The translations under genes and the position numbers were made by a program. The notes below the pieces were generated by a model. The model saw only the letters and a list, made by a program, of their open reading frames with translations, did no database searches and was not told where the DNA came from. A DNA stretch of 64,000 nt from an uncultured Phycisphaerales bacterium. GTDB taxonomy: Bacteria > Planctomycetota > Phycisphaerae > Sedimentisphaerales > Anaerobacaceae. Positions 11,278-22,130 of this stretch are shown here, piece after piece. How positions within the stretch are numbered: the stretch's first letter is position 1; every line of letters starts with the position of its first letter. The DNA is taken from positions 608,001 to 672,000 of the forward strand of contig CAVYYI010000001.1 of the NCBI GenBank assembly GCA_963772725.1, in the 5' to 3' direction.

Positions 11278-11370
11278 AACCACGAATGAACACGAATATA
11301 CACCAATTAAAAAGGATACGGATTAACACGGAATTTTTTAGACACAGATTAACGCGGATTAACACTGTTT
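11278..11370. repeat. Intergenic ~9-mer tandem repeats (CACGRATKAA-type)
   Basis: CACGAATGAACACGAAT, ACGGATTAACACGGA, CACAGATTAACGCGGATTAACAC; the 17-mer ACGCGGATTAACACTGT recurs at 820-836. Confidence 0.6.
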
Positions 11371-11397
11371 ATTAAAAAAACTCAAAGATAGAGAAAT

Positions 11398-13964
11398 ATG
11401 AGCGAGAAAAAGGGCGGTTATAATTTTAACGAGATAGAAAAGAAATGGCAGCATTACTGGCAGGAACATAAGACATTTAAGGCGATTGACTGTGATAAGT
11501 CGCGGCCGAAATATTATGTGCTCGATATGTTCCCGTATCCGAGCGCACAGGGACTGCATGTCGGCCATCCTGAGGGTTATACCGCCAGCGATATAGTGGC
11601 CCGCTATAAACGGATGAAGGGATTTAATGTGCTGCATCCGATGGGCTGGGATGCGTTTGGTCTGCCTGCGGAGCAATATGCGGTCAAGACCGGCACGCAC
11701 CCGGCGGTGACGACGCAGAAAAATATCGACAATATGCGCAGGCAAATCAAGTCGCTGGGCTTCAGTTACGACTGGGACAGGGAGGTCGATACTACCGACC
11801 CGAAATATTACAAATGGACGCAGTGGATTTTCCTGAAACTGTTCAACAGCTATTTCGATGAAAAACGAGCAAAAGGCAAGGCCGATTGAGCAGTTGCCGA
11901 TTCCGGCGGGGCTGAGCGAAGAGGAAAAACGAAAATATATAGACGACCAGCGGCTGGCTTATGAGGCGGAGGTGGCGGTCAACTGGTGTCCGGCACTGGG
12001 GACGGTGCTGGCAAATGAAGAAGTGGTCGGCGGAGTCAGCGAGCGCGGCGGCCATCCGGTAATCAGAAAGCCGATGCGGCAGTGGATGCTGCGGATAACA
12101 AAATATGCCGAGCGGCTGGCTGGATGATTTGGACGAAGTCGATTGGCCTGAATCGATTAAAAAACTGCAACAGGACTGGGTGGGCAAAAGTGTCGGCGCG
12201 GAAGTCGATTTCAAGGTTGATGGCTACGATGAGAATATTCGTGTTTTTACCACCCGGCCGGATACGCTTTTCGGCGCAACTTATATGGTGCTGGCGCCGG
12301 AGCATAAGCTTGTCGATATAATTACAACGCCCGACAGGAAAAAAGCCGTTGTAAGAATTACCGTGAAGCAGCTGCCCGCAAAAGCGACCTCGACAGAACC
12401 GATTTGGCAAAAGAAAAGACGGGCGTTTTCACCGGCGCTTATGCGATCAATCCTGTCAATGACACAAAGATTCCCATCTGGATAAGCGATTATGTTTTGA
12501 TAAGCTACGGCACAGGCGCGATTATGGCTGTGCCTGCGCACGATGAAAGGGATTTCGAATTTGCGAAGAAATTCAATCTGCCGATTATTCAGGTGGTTAA
12601 ACCGCCGAACCCCAAAGAGGCAGAATTAGTCGAAGAGGGCAAGTTATGTTTTGCTGGTGACGGCATTGCGATCAACAGCGGCAAGTTTGACGGGCTTCCC
12701 ACCGCCCGAATTCAAGGAGCAGATCACAAAATGGCTTGAAGGAAAAGGGCTGGGCAAAAAGGCGATCAATTATAAATTGCGGGACTGGCTTTTCAGCAGG
12801 CAGCGATACTGGGGTGAGCCGTTCCCGATTGTGCATACTGAAGAAGGCGGGATCATCGGTCTGACGGAAGCGAATTGCCGCTTGAATGCTGCCGCGAGGT
12901 GAAAAATTATAAGCCCGCCGGAACGGGCGAGTCGCCGCTGGCGAATGCTAACAGAGTGGGTGAATGTCACGCTGCCACGATGGCTCAAAGGCCAGACGCG
13001 AGACTAATACGATGCCGCAGTGGGCGGGAAGCTGCTGGTATTATCTGCGGTATATTGACCCGGATAATGATAAAGACGGCTGGGACAGCGCAAAAGGAAA
13101 AATACTGGATGCCCGTCGATTTGTATATCGGCGGGGCAGAGCATGCGGTGCTGCATCTTCTGTATTCGCGGTTCTGGCACAAGTTGCTCTATGATTTTGG
13201 CTATGTCAGCACAAAAGAGCCGTTCAAGAAGCTCATCAATCAGGGGATGATTCTCGGCGAGGACGGCCAGAAGATGAGCAAGTCCCGCGGCAACGTCGTC
13301 AATCCCGATAAGGTTATTGACTGATTACGGCGCCGATTCGATGCGGCTTTATGAAATGTTTATGGGGCCGTTGGAGGCGACAAAGCCGTGGAGGATGCAG
13401 GGCGTCGAGGGTGTGCATCGGTTTTTGCAGAAGGCTGGCGAATGGTCATTAACGAAGAGACTGGCGAACTTGCAGACGGCGGTAAAGGATGCGCAGGCCG
13501 ATGAGGAGACGCTGCGGCTGCTGCACCAGACGATTAAAAAAGTCGGCGATGATATTGAGACTTTTGGTTTTAATACGGCCATCAGCCAGATGATGATTTT
13601 TGTAAATCATCTTAGGCAGCAGGACGTGCGGCCCAAACGGTGGTGGAAAAATTCGTTTTGATTCTGGCGCCGTTTGCCCCGCATATTGCCGAAGAACTCT
13701 GGGCGAGGCTTGGGCATAACGAGACGCTGGCTTATGCAGCCGTGGCCGAAGTATGACAAGGAGCTTATCAAGGAAAAAGAAATTGAACTGGCCGTGCAGG
13801 TCAATGGCAAGATAAAAGACAGGATTATTGTGCCTGCTGAGGCTGATGAAGAGCAGATAAAACAAATGGCGCTAAGCAGCGAGAAGGTTATTGCAGCTCT
13901 GGCCGGCAAGAGCGCCAAAAAAGTCATCGTTATAAAGTCGCGATTGGTAAATATCATTATCTGA
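11398..13964 (+). CDS. leuS: Leucine--tRNA ligase, fragmented by many single-base indels (probably assembly errors)
   Basis: MFPYPS..GLHVGH (HIGH), [12 protein letters not shown] editing domain, [25 protein letters not shown], all in order across frames. Confidence 0.92.
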
Positions 13965-13980
13965 CATCAGGGCAATATTT

Positions 13981-14520
13981 ATGGCTGTCGAGATTGAGGC
14001 AAAACTTAAAGTCCGCTCGCACGAACCGGTTAGACGTAAGCTTTCTTCGCTTGGTGCCGAGCTTATAGCTGAGCAGACTCAGAACGATTGTTATTTCGAT
14101 AATGCGGAATCAGTTTTTGCCAGGACTGACAAATGCCTTCGATTACGGCGGGAAAAGGCCGGCAGGAACGAAAAAATAATTCTTACGTATAAGGGCGCTA
14201 AAGAGCAAAAGAAATTCAAAACAAGATGTGAAATTCAATCTGAGGTTGCGGATGGCAACGCGGTTGAAAAATTGCTTTGCGAACTCGGTTACCAAAAGGC
14301 GCTTGTTATCAGGAAAAAACGCCAGCTTTGGCATTTTAGCCGGTGCGAGGTTGCTCTTGATTATTTGCGTGAGCTGGGCAGATTCGTTGAAATTGAGGGA
14401 CCCAATGAGCGGGTCATCGCCAATGCGCAGAAAAAACTCGGATTATCCGATTTGCCCAATATCAAAGAAAGCTATGCTCATTTGATTGGTCAAAAGTTAA
14501 GGCCGCAAAGAAAAAGATAA
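13981..14520 (+). CDS. cyaB: Class IV adenylate cyclase / CYTH domain protein
   Basis: EIEAK N-terminal ExExK, LRLR, LTYKG, GRFVEIEG. Confidence 0.75.
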   Translation: MAVEIEAKLKVRSHEPVRRKLSSLGAELIAEQTQNDCYFDNAESVFARTDKCLRLRREKAGRNEKIILTYKGAKEQKKFKTRCEIQSEVADGNAVEKLLCELGYQKALVIRKKRQLWHFSRCEVALDYLRELGRFVEIEGPNERVIANAQKKLGLSDLPNIKESYAHLIGQKLRPQRKR

Positions 14521-14544
14521 ATTTTTTAGGGATTATGACGAATA

Positions 14545-15492
14545 ATGATTAAGCCAGATGACGGTTATATCGCTTATATAACAAATCCCAAGGCCGGCGC
14601 AAGCAGCCGCAAATTGTCCGGTCAGTATTTTCGCGATTATCTTATAAAGCGGAAGTTCGAGCTTAGAGTGGATTATACTACGTCGCTTGAAAACGCGTGT
14701 GAATTGGCGGCACACGCGGCGGGAGACAGCAGATGTTCGATGGTTGTGGTCTTAGGCGGCGACGGCACGGTACGCGAGGTCGCGCAGGGAATGAAAGGCA
14801 GCGATAAACCGCTGATGATAGTTCCAGGCGGGACCGAAAATCTGCTGGCTAATGAACTTGGTTTTAATGAAAAGGTCAAAACAATAATAACTGCCTTCGA
14901 GGCGGGTTATACCCGGCAATTGGACCTGGGAAAAGTAAACGGTAAATGCTTTACCTCGATACTCGGTTTTGGTTTTGACGGCGAAATTGTGAAACTGGTC
15001 AGCAGTCGCCGAAACGGGCATATAACACATTTCGCTTATTTTCAGCCGATATGGCGGACGTTCTGGACGCACAAATTTCCGCGGATGAAGGTGGATGTGG
15101 ACGGCAGCGAAATTTTCAATGGCACCGGCATGGTCTTTGTCGGCAACATTTCGAGATATGCGGTGGGGTTCCAGATATTGCATAACGCCAATTTCAGCGA
15201 CGGACTGCTTGATATCTGCATCTATAAATGTTCCTCAAAAATCCATCTTGTGAAACATTCCCTGATGACAGTTCTTAAACGACATACTTTCGGTTCCGAT
15301 GTCATTTATTGCCAAGGTAAGAATATTACTGTGAGTTCTGAAGTTAAGAATACTCCGACCGAAATTGACGGCGACCCGGGGCCGGCGTTACCGGCTGATA
15401 TTAAAATTATTCCTCACGCCGTTAAAGTTATAGCCCCAGAAGGCGCAAAACCAGCGGGAATAAGAACAAGAATTATAAGAGCATTAACATAA
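14545..15492 (+). CDS. Diacylglycerol kinase family lipid kinase
   Basis: NPKAG, GGDGT, PGGTENLLA, DGLLD, EIDGD. Confidence 0.88.
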   Translation: MIKPDDGYIAYITNPKAGASSRKLSGQYFRDYLIKRKFELRVDYTTSLENACELAAHAAGDSRCSMVVVLGGDGTVREVAQGMKGSDKPLMIVPGGTENLLANELGFNEKVKTIITAFEAGYTRQLDLGKVNGKCFTSILGFGFDGEIVKLVSSRRNGHITHFAYFQPIWRTFWTHKFPRMKVDVDGSEIFNGTGMVFVGNISRYAVGFQILHNANFSDGLLDICIYKCSSKIHLVKHSLMTVLKRHTFGSDVIYCQGKNITVSSEVKNTPTEIDGDPGPALPADIKIIPHAVKVIAPEGAKPAGIRTRIIRALT

Positions 15493-15759
15493 GAAAAATT
15501 AAAAATCAAAATGCAAAAATTAAAAATAGGAAAACATAATTTTTGTCATTGCGAGCGAAGCGAAGCAATCTTATCCGGCTGTTGCCATTTGAGGGAACTT
15601 TTGATATTATTGTTTCATCGAAAGGTTTGGATTTCGAATATCGCGTTATGGCGTTTAATAAATCTGGTCAAGAAAGGCAAGTAATATGATGATGATTTTG
15701 TAGTTTGGAATAGCGAAATGAAGGGGAAAATGTAAGTTGGAGGAAAGCTAACAATAAAC

Positions 15760-17287
15760 GTGACTGTAGCATAAATACCGGTATATTTAAGGAAATCTTG
15801 GTGTCTTAGCCGATAAAACTCCTGGAAGAACAGAAATAAACTGAATTTTTCAGGAGACACGATTATGGCTGGGCCAGGTGAATATGTATCGGATGTAACG
15901 GAAGGTATTACGTGTGTTAAAGATTTACCCAAAGCTAAAATCAAACGACTTTCACGCACATACAAAAAGCGTCCGTGCCCCTATTGCGGCCACCCATCCT
16001 ATCGGGACAAAATATTCAGACGAAAACTGCATGACCTCGGAGACTTGGCTGGCAACCGTCCAATCGACCTTTGGGTCAGTTATTCACAGCACTGCTGTTC
16101 AAAATGCAAGAAGTACTTCAATGCCGACCTGTGCGACCTTGCGGATCCCGGCTGCCACTATACCCGCCGGGTTGTTCACCTGGCAGTGCGATTGGTTGTG
16201 GAAGACGGCCTGCCATATCGGCCGGCATCCTGGCACTTATGGCGAGATCATCGGGTTTTCGTCCCCTGGGCTACAATTCAAAACTGGGTTGAAGCGACGG
16301 GGGGAAAAAGCTGAGAAACGAATTACTGCTGAATACCTTGATGGTGTTCTGACTGATTTCTCCGGTTATATCGCGGCGGATGAATTATATGATGGGCCGT
16401 TCTGTGTATTGTCCATCGTGGATAACCGCACGTTCAAACGGCTCATTTACGATGTTCTTGACCATAATCCCACCCATGAAGATATGATAAACTTCTTTCG
16501 TCGGTTCCGTACGGAACTGGATCAAAGAGGTCTGACACTGCTTGGTGTTACGACCGATGGCTCGCCGTTATACCCGGAGCCGCTGGCTCTGATATTCCCC
16601 GGTGTTGCCCACCAGGTATGTGAATTTCATGTTCTCAAGGAGATCAATAGAGAAATACTCAAAGCTGTTACGCGGGTGCGACGAGAACTCAAAAAGAAGC
16701 TGCCCAAGCTGCAACGCGGCCGTCCATCGTCCTCAACCGCGAGAAAAGCGGCATCTCGAAAGAAAAAACAGACCGATGAGATTGCCGATTTGTTTGAGCA
16801 TCGACACTTGTTTGTGCAGCATTCGCTCAGTAAGGCAGACAAGAAGATATTCTCACGTATAACGCGAAAATGCCACAATCTGAAAAATTTACGTTCGATC
16901 ATGGATCAGGTCTACAGACTCTTTGATCGCCGTTGCCGCACGGAAACAGCCTTGGAAAGGTTGGCTGTCTTGCGCCGCCATGTTCGACGATTCAAAACGT
17001 TGGGTCAAACTCTTAAGAAACTATTTACGCCGAATATTGAAAAGGCGTTGACCTTTCTCGATGATTCACAACTGCCATCGACATCCAACGCGGTTGAACG
17101 AGGTTATCGTCGTCATCGAAAGATGCAAAAGAGTGTCTATAGAGTGCGAACTCAAGACCATATTAGCCAGCGTGTGGCCATTGATATGCAGCGTGACGAG
17201 CAGTCCCAAGGCCGTTTACAAACTATAACAATGCTTCATAATGAGAGGACTGGAATGGTATGTTGCCGGTAAAGATGCTACAGAGTC
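15760..17287 (+). mobile_element. ISL3-like insertion sequence (1528 bp)
   Basis: 8-bp direct repeat CAATAAAC at 15752-15759 and 17288-17295; imperfect 22-bp terminal IRs sharing CTGTAGCAT and TACCGG. Confidence 0.8.
15865..17272 (+). CDS. Transposase (zf-ISL3-like Zn ribbon + HTH + DDE), frame break at the G6A5 run near 16305
   Basis: CPYCG..LHDL..CSKC; ADELYD, TTDG, HQVCEFH, TSNAVER. Confidence 0.8.
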
Positions 17288-17319
17288 CAATAAACAAATA
17301 ATTAAGGTTAGTTTTTAAG

Positions 17320-17766
17320 ATGGTTAAAAAAATACAAGGAATTCAAGCTGAGCAACCTTTTGAGTTTTCTGCGAAGGATGTTATACGGGAACCCAAAATA
17401 GGAATTATTACAGAAGCATATCCTGTCGGTGAAAGAGAATACCGCATTCTAACAGAACAACATTGGGTTCATTGGTTAAGCCCAATTGCATTTGCAAGTC
17501 TTGGTGTATTTGTAAAAGAATTATATAATCTAATCGCTTTAGCATTTCAAGAATTTAATGGTAATGTAAAACGCGAGATGTTGATTAATGAAATATCGAA
17601 ATCGAAATTGATTGTAATAGTTTCTTTGGCCATGTTTATTATTCTTTTCTTGGTTAATAAATGTGTGCCAACAGAGAAGAAAAAGTTGCTTAAAAATATA
17701 CGAACAACGTTAGACAGTAATTCCAGTGTCATTGCGAGTAAACGAAAGGGGAAAGCCTGTGACTGA
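17320..17766 (+). CDS. Hypothetical 2-TM protein
   Basis: AT-rich ORF with two hydrophobic segments. Confidence 0.55.
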   Translation: MVKKIQGIQAEQPFEFSAKDVIREPKIGIITEAYPVGEREYRILTEQHWVHWLSPIAFASLGVFVKELYNLIALAFQEFNGNVKREMLINEISKSKLIVIVSLAMFIILFLVNKCVPTEKKKLLKNIRTTLDSNSSVIASKRKGKACD

Positions 17767-18211
17767 AACAAATCTACCCAAAGAATTTATTCCATTTGAA
17801 GAATTGAACTTCTGTAGCAATATTATACGAAATTGCAATATAGCTATTATGATGGATCAGACCCCAATCGTATTAGTAGGCAAGGGTAACCAGCCACAAA
17901 TATGGTTATGGGGACTCGTGAATCCAAAGGCAAAACTTTTGGCGCCAATGGTATATTCTAATTCTGTAAGAATATTTACAGCACCAATTAAGGTTGAATC
18001 GAAGAACAATTATACTCGTGTGAAATTGAACGACATAATAATAATTGAAGCAGTGAAGGATTCGGAGACAAAAGCAAGGGTCGATCAGCTTGATTTACGG
18101 CCTCTCGGATTTAATATCTCCGGGAACTCAACCACTCTTAATGTTGGAACAAATGTTATGAGTGGGAACCAGATATCAGGGGGAAGAGCTTTCATTGCTA
18201 TTGGTCTTTAA
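17759..18211 (+). CDS. Hypothetical beta-rich protein
   Basis: GTG start overlaps the end of the upstream gene; no recognisable motif. Confidence 0.55.
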   Translation: MTETNLPKEFIPFEELNFCSNIIRNCNIAIMMDQTPIVLVGKGNQPQIWLWGLVNPKAKLLAPMVYSNSVRIFTAPIKVESKNNYTRVKLNDIIIIEAVKDSETKARVDQLDLRPLGFNISGNSTTLNVGTNVMSGNQISGGRAFIAIGL

Positions 18212-18327
18212 GAATAGGTTAAAATGAGATTGTTAGGCAAAGAAACAATTATTTTAGAAGCAAAGTCCGAATGTGGGTTTTGCTGAAAAATTATATAAAC
18301 AATAGTTGGACATTTGCAAAGGACACT

Positions 18328-18875
18328 ATGGATGCATTTGAGGCGGTTGTCGCCATGCTATTACGTCGTGAGGGATATTGGGTAATTCCAAGTTTTAAAG
18401 TTGACCTTACGAAAGATGAGAAACGTGCTATAAAACGGCACTCGTCTCCTCGTTGGGAAATTGACCTTGCGGCATATAAAGGCGCAACTAACGAATTAAT
18501 TGCTATAGAGTGTAAGTCGTTTCTTGATTCGATAGGTGTTGTATTCAAAGAAGGCACTTACAGCCTCCAAAGAGGTATAAATTATTCACTGAACCGACCC
18601 TTAGAGATGTTGTTCTCAAACGTCTTGGTGAACAACTTGTTGCGTCACAATCGTGTTGTTCCCAGCCAATTGTTCGTCTTGCGCTTGCTACTGGTAAAAT
18701 TGCGAAAAAAACAGACCGAGATAAAATGCGTGCTTATTTTGAGGCTCAAAATTGGATTTTATATGACGATCATTGGATTCAATCTAGGCTTCGTACTTTA
18801 CAAGACACTCGATATGAGGACGACATTGCCCATGTGGCGGCAAAACTTGCGCTTCGTGGCGATAGAGAAAGATGA
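18328..18875 (+). CDS. PD-(D/E)xK restriction-endonuclease-like protein, frameshift near 18555
   Basis: FE..VAMLL...EIDLAAY...IAIECKS; the alternative frame gives RYKLFT..LRDVVL to TGA at 18875. Confidence 0.6.
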
Positions 18876-18937
18876 AAAGATTGCTATACAATGGTGGAAA
18901 AAAACAAAATAAAAAAATTTTTGGAGACAACGAGAAA

Positions 18938-19768
18938 ATGAGCTTTGTAATTGGCGGTGAGAAAAGTAAGACTGTAAAAGTCGGATTGGATGAAGCCTTG
19001 TTTGTAATGGCTGGGCCGTGCGTCATAGAAGAAAAGGAGATTTGTCTTGAAATAGGACAAAGGCTCGCGGAGATTGGCAGCAGAACCGGTATCGGCATAA
19101 TTTATAAGGCCAGTTTCGATAAGGCTAACCGCACCAGCATATCAAGTTTTCGCGGCCCGGGGCTTGAGAAAGGACTTGAGATTCTCGCGGCTGTTCGTGA
19201 CAAGACGCACCTGCCGATTATGACCGATGTACACGAGCCTTCGCAGGCCGCCAAAGTGGGTGATGTCACGGATTGTCTGCAGGTTCCGGCTTTTTTATGC
19301 AGGCAGACAGATTTGCTTATCGCCTGCGCTGAGACTGGAAAACCGGTGAATGTGAAAAAGGGGCAGTTCATATCTCCCGGCGAGATGAAGAACGTCGTTG
19401 AAAAAATTCGGGCGTGCAATAACGAAAAAATAATGCTGACCGAACGCGGCACGTTTTTCGGATACAATCGTCTGGTTAATGATATGACGGCTATTGAGGC
19501 CATGAAAAAGCTGGGCTGTCCGGTGATTTTTGATGCGACGCACAGTACGCAGCAGCCGGGCGGTCTGGGTAATGCCAGCGCGGGCCAGCGTGAAATGGCT
19601 CCTGTGCTTGCAAGGGCGGCTGTCGCGGCAGGCGCAAATGGTCTTTTTATAGAGGTGCATACCGACCCTGCAAAAGCCAAATCCGATGCCGCCTGTGTTA
19701 TGCCTCTCGAATGGGTGGAAGGCTTGCTGATGGCCTGTAAAAAAATCTTCGAGATTGTGCGTGGTTAA
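18938..19768 (+). CDS. kdsA: 3-deoxy-8-phosphooctulonate (KDO8P) synthase
   Basis: AGPCVIE, KASFDKANRTS, PAFLCRQTD, NVKKGQF, FDATHSTQQPG. Confidence 0.95.
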   Translation: MSFVIGGEKSKTVKVGLDEALFVMAGPCVIEEKEICLEIGQRLAEIGSRTGIGIIYKASFDKANRTSISSFRGPGLEKGLEILAAVRDKTHLPIMTDVHEPSQAAKVGDVTDCLQVPAFLCRQTDLLIACAETGKPVNVKKGQFISPGEMKNVVEKIRACNNEKIMLTERGTFFGYNRLVNDMTAIEAMKKLGCPVIFDATHSTQQPGGLGNASAGQREMAPVLARAAVAAGANGLFIEVHTDPAKAKSDAACVMPLEWVEGLLMACKKIFEIVRG

Positions 19769-19771
19769 AAA

Positions 19772-20707
19772 ATGGCAGAACAGAAAAAATATTTATTTGG
19801 GCCGGTGCCTTCGAGGAGGCTTGGCCGCAGCCTTGGTGTGGATATTGTCCCCTTTAAGGTCTGTACCCTCGATTGTGTTTATTGTCAGCTCGGCAGAACC
19901 ACGGAAAAATCTATCGAGCGTAAAGAGTATGTCTCGATTGAGGCTGTTTTAGAAGAATTAAAGCAGAGAATTTCCGAGGGGCTAAACGCCGACCACATTA
20001 CCATCAGCGGTTCAGGCGAACCGACGTTAAATTCTCGTATGGGAGAACTTATCGACGGTATCAAAAAAATCGCCGATGTGCCTGTGGCTGTTATAACAAA
20101 TGGAACCCTGCTTAATGATAAAGGCGTCCGGGCACAATGCGCAAAGGCTGATGTGGTTTTGCCTTCTCTGGATGCCGGTGATGAAGAGGTTTTTGAGAAA
20201 ATCAATCGGCCGCACAAAAAAATTTCATTTAAAAGTCTTGTCGATGGACTATGCCAATTCAGGAAAGAATACACCGGCCAAATATGGCTTGAGGTATTTT
20301 TTGTTGAGGGTGTCAATACCGACAGCGGCCAAATTGCAAAGATTAGGGAAACGATAAAAAAGATTCGGCCCGATAAAATCCAGCTTAACACGGCGGTAAG
20401 GCCTACTGCGGATAGTGGTGTCCGCAAAGTTAAAGCCGAAAAACTCAAACAAATTGCCAAAGAACTGGGGGATAACGCAGAAGTTATAGCCGATTTTGAT
20501 GTTAGCGGCGGTTCTGACAGGCATAATCTTATTAATGACGAGAATGTGTTATCTATGCTGAAACGCAGGCCCTGCTCGCTGGATGATATATGTTCAGGCC
20601 TGGAAATCAACCGCAATATGGCGGTTAAGCATATTACCTCTCTTGAGAAGAAAAAACTCATCATTTCCGAAGAAAAAGGCGGGAAAGTTTTTTACAAAGC
20701 CTGTTAA
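19772..20707 (+). CDS. Radical SAM protein with C-terminal wHTH
   Basis: FGPVPSRRLGRSLG, CTLDCVYC, GSGEPTL. Confidence 0.85.
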   Translation: MAEQKKYLFGPVPSRRLGRSLGVDIVPFKVCTLDCVYCQLGRTTEKSIERKEYVSIEAVLEELKQRISEGLNADHITISGSGEPTLNSRMGELIDGIKKIADVPVAVITNGTLLNDKGVRAQCAKADVVLPSLDAGDEEVFEKINRPHKKISFKSLVDGLCQFRKEYTGQIWLEVFFVEGVNTDSGQIAKIRETIKKIRPDKIQLNTAVRPTADSGVRKVKAEKLKQIAKELGDNAEVIADFDVSGGSDRHNLINDENVLSMLKRRPCSLDDICSGLEINRNMAVKHITSLEKKKLIISEEKGGKVFYKAC

Positions 20708-20818
20708 GTAAAAAACGAACCGTTCCTCTGAGTTTTCACGGATTTATTCCAAATTTCTTAATATTTGGTACCCATTCTATAAAGAAATTAGCCGTTCTGG
20801 TCGATAAAATCTTTGTAA

Positions 20819-21058
20819 ATGAAAAGAAATAAGCGACAACTGGTTTTAAGTAAGGGTCAGGAGAAGTTTGTTTTCCGCTATGAGCCGGGCTGTGAAGACA
20901 AGCTTTTAGAGGCCCTTATCGAGCAGGCCAAGGACAGGCGAACGTGTTTTGACTGGTTTGATGCCGCCGTTTTGAGCTTCAAACTGACCCAATCGCTTAT
21001 CGGGCAGGCTGATGAGCTTCTGCGGGAAAGCCGGGGGTCGCAAATAAAGGTAAATTAA
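20819..21058 (+). CDS. Small hypothetical protein upstream of xerC
   Basis: Clean ORF, FVFRY..G.E and FDWFDAAVLS. Confidence 0.6.
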   Translation: MKRNKRQLVLSKGQEKFVFRYEPGCEDKLLEALIEQAKDRRTCFDWFDAAVLSFKLTQSLIGQADELLRESRGSQIKVN

Positions 21059-21094
21059 CCAAAAGGTTTTCAGTAATAAATAGGCAGGTGAAAT

Positions 21095-22108
21095 ATGGAA
21101 AATAGTAGCGCATTGGTTCAGGAATTTATCAATTACTTAAATTTCGAGAAACGATTTTCTGAGCATACGGCCAAATGTTATGGTGCCGATTTGGTACAGT
21201 TTGGAGAATTTGTTCTTAACGGCTCTGCCGGCGGTTCACCTGACAACAATTCGGCTGTCTCCTCACATGGAGGTCTGGCAACAGCGGTGGAGACGCAAAC
21301 CAGCCAAAAGATTGACCAGGTTCTTTTATCGGTTGATGTAAATACCGTAAGAGCATATCTGTCGCTTCTCAGCGAAAAGAACTATTCGAAGGCGACTATG
21401 GCGAGAAAACTTGCCACGCTGCGAAGTTTTTACAAATTTCTTGTTAAGAGAAATCAAATCAGTTCGAATCCGGTTACAGCGGTAAGGACTCCAAAACAGG
21501 ACAAAAGACTGCCTAAGTTTCTTACGTATGAAGACGTTAAGAGGCTGATTGAGACACCGCCGACAAACTCCTGGCTTGGGGCAAGAGACAGAGCCATTCT
21601 TGAAACGCTTTATAGCACAGGTTTGAGGGTCAGCGAGCTGGTTGCACTGAATATGGACGATATAGACTTTCTGGGTGAGGTTGCGCATATTCGCGGCAAG
21701 GGAAAGAAGGAAAGAATTACCCCGATAGGCTCATCAGCTTTGCAGGCTATTCAGCACTATATGGAATACAGGATTAAAAGAGCTCAAAGCAACAGTAATT
21801 TCGACCCCAAGGTTTTGTTTGTAAATAAGCACGGACGAAGACTAAGCACGAGAAGTGTCCGCCGCAAGATGGATAAATATCTTGAAATGGCAGGCATGGA
21901 TCCATCGGTTAGTCCTCATACATTGCGGCACAGTTTCGCGACACACATGCTGAATAATGGAGCCGATTTGCGCAGCGTTCAGGAATTGCTTGGACATCAG
22001 TCACTCTCGACAACTCAGATTTATACTCATCTCACCACGAGTAAACTGAAGGAAGTTTATGATAATGCACATCCTTTGGAAAAGAATGAGCAAAGCAAAC
22101 CGGAGTAG
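21095..22108 (+). CDS. xerC: Tyrosine recombinase XerC
   Basis: RDRAILETLYSTGLRVSEL, GKGKKER, HTLRHSFATH, LGHQSLSTTQIY. Confidence 0.85.
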   Translation: MENSSALVQEFINYLNFEKRFSEHTAKCYGADLVQFGEFVLNGSAGGSPDNNSAVSSHGGLATAVETQTSQKIDQVLLSVDVNTVRAYLSLLSEKNYSKATMARKLATLRSFYKFLVKRNQISSNPVTAVRTPKQDKRLPKFLTYEDVKRLIETPPTNSWLGARDRAILETLYSTGLRVSELVALNMDDIDFLGEVAHIRGKGKKERITPIGSSALQAIQHYMEYRIKRAQSNSNFDPKVLFVNKHGRRLSTRSVRRKMDKYLEMAGMDPSVSPHTLRHSFATHMLNNGADLRSVQELLGHQSLSTTQIYTHLTTSKLKEVYDNAHPLEKNEQSKPE

Positions 22109-22130
22109 AAAATTTACCAGGTGTTAATAA

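Noticed and set aside
11278..11370. CRISPR array
   Set aside because: The repeats are ~9 bp and degenerate, without unique spacers, and there are no cas genes in the window.
16299..16314. Programmed -1 frameshift at G GGA AAA in the ISL3-like transposase
   Set aside because: As assembled, the downstream frame is +1, not -1. A homopolymer length error could explain either a fused ORF or a true -1 site, so it cannot be decided.
21095..22108. xerC as the integrase of an island
   Set aside because: It has housekeeping XerC motifs and context, with no flanking att repeats.
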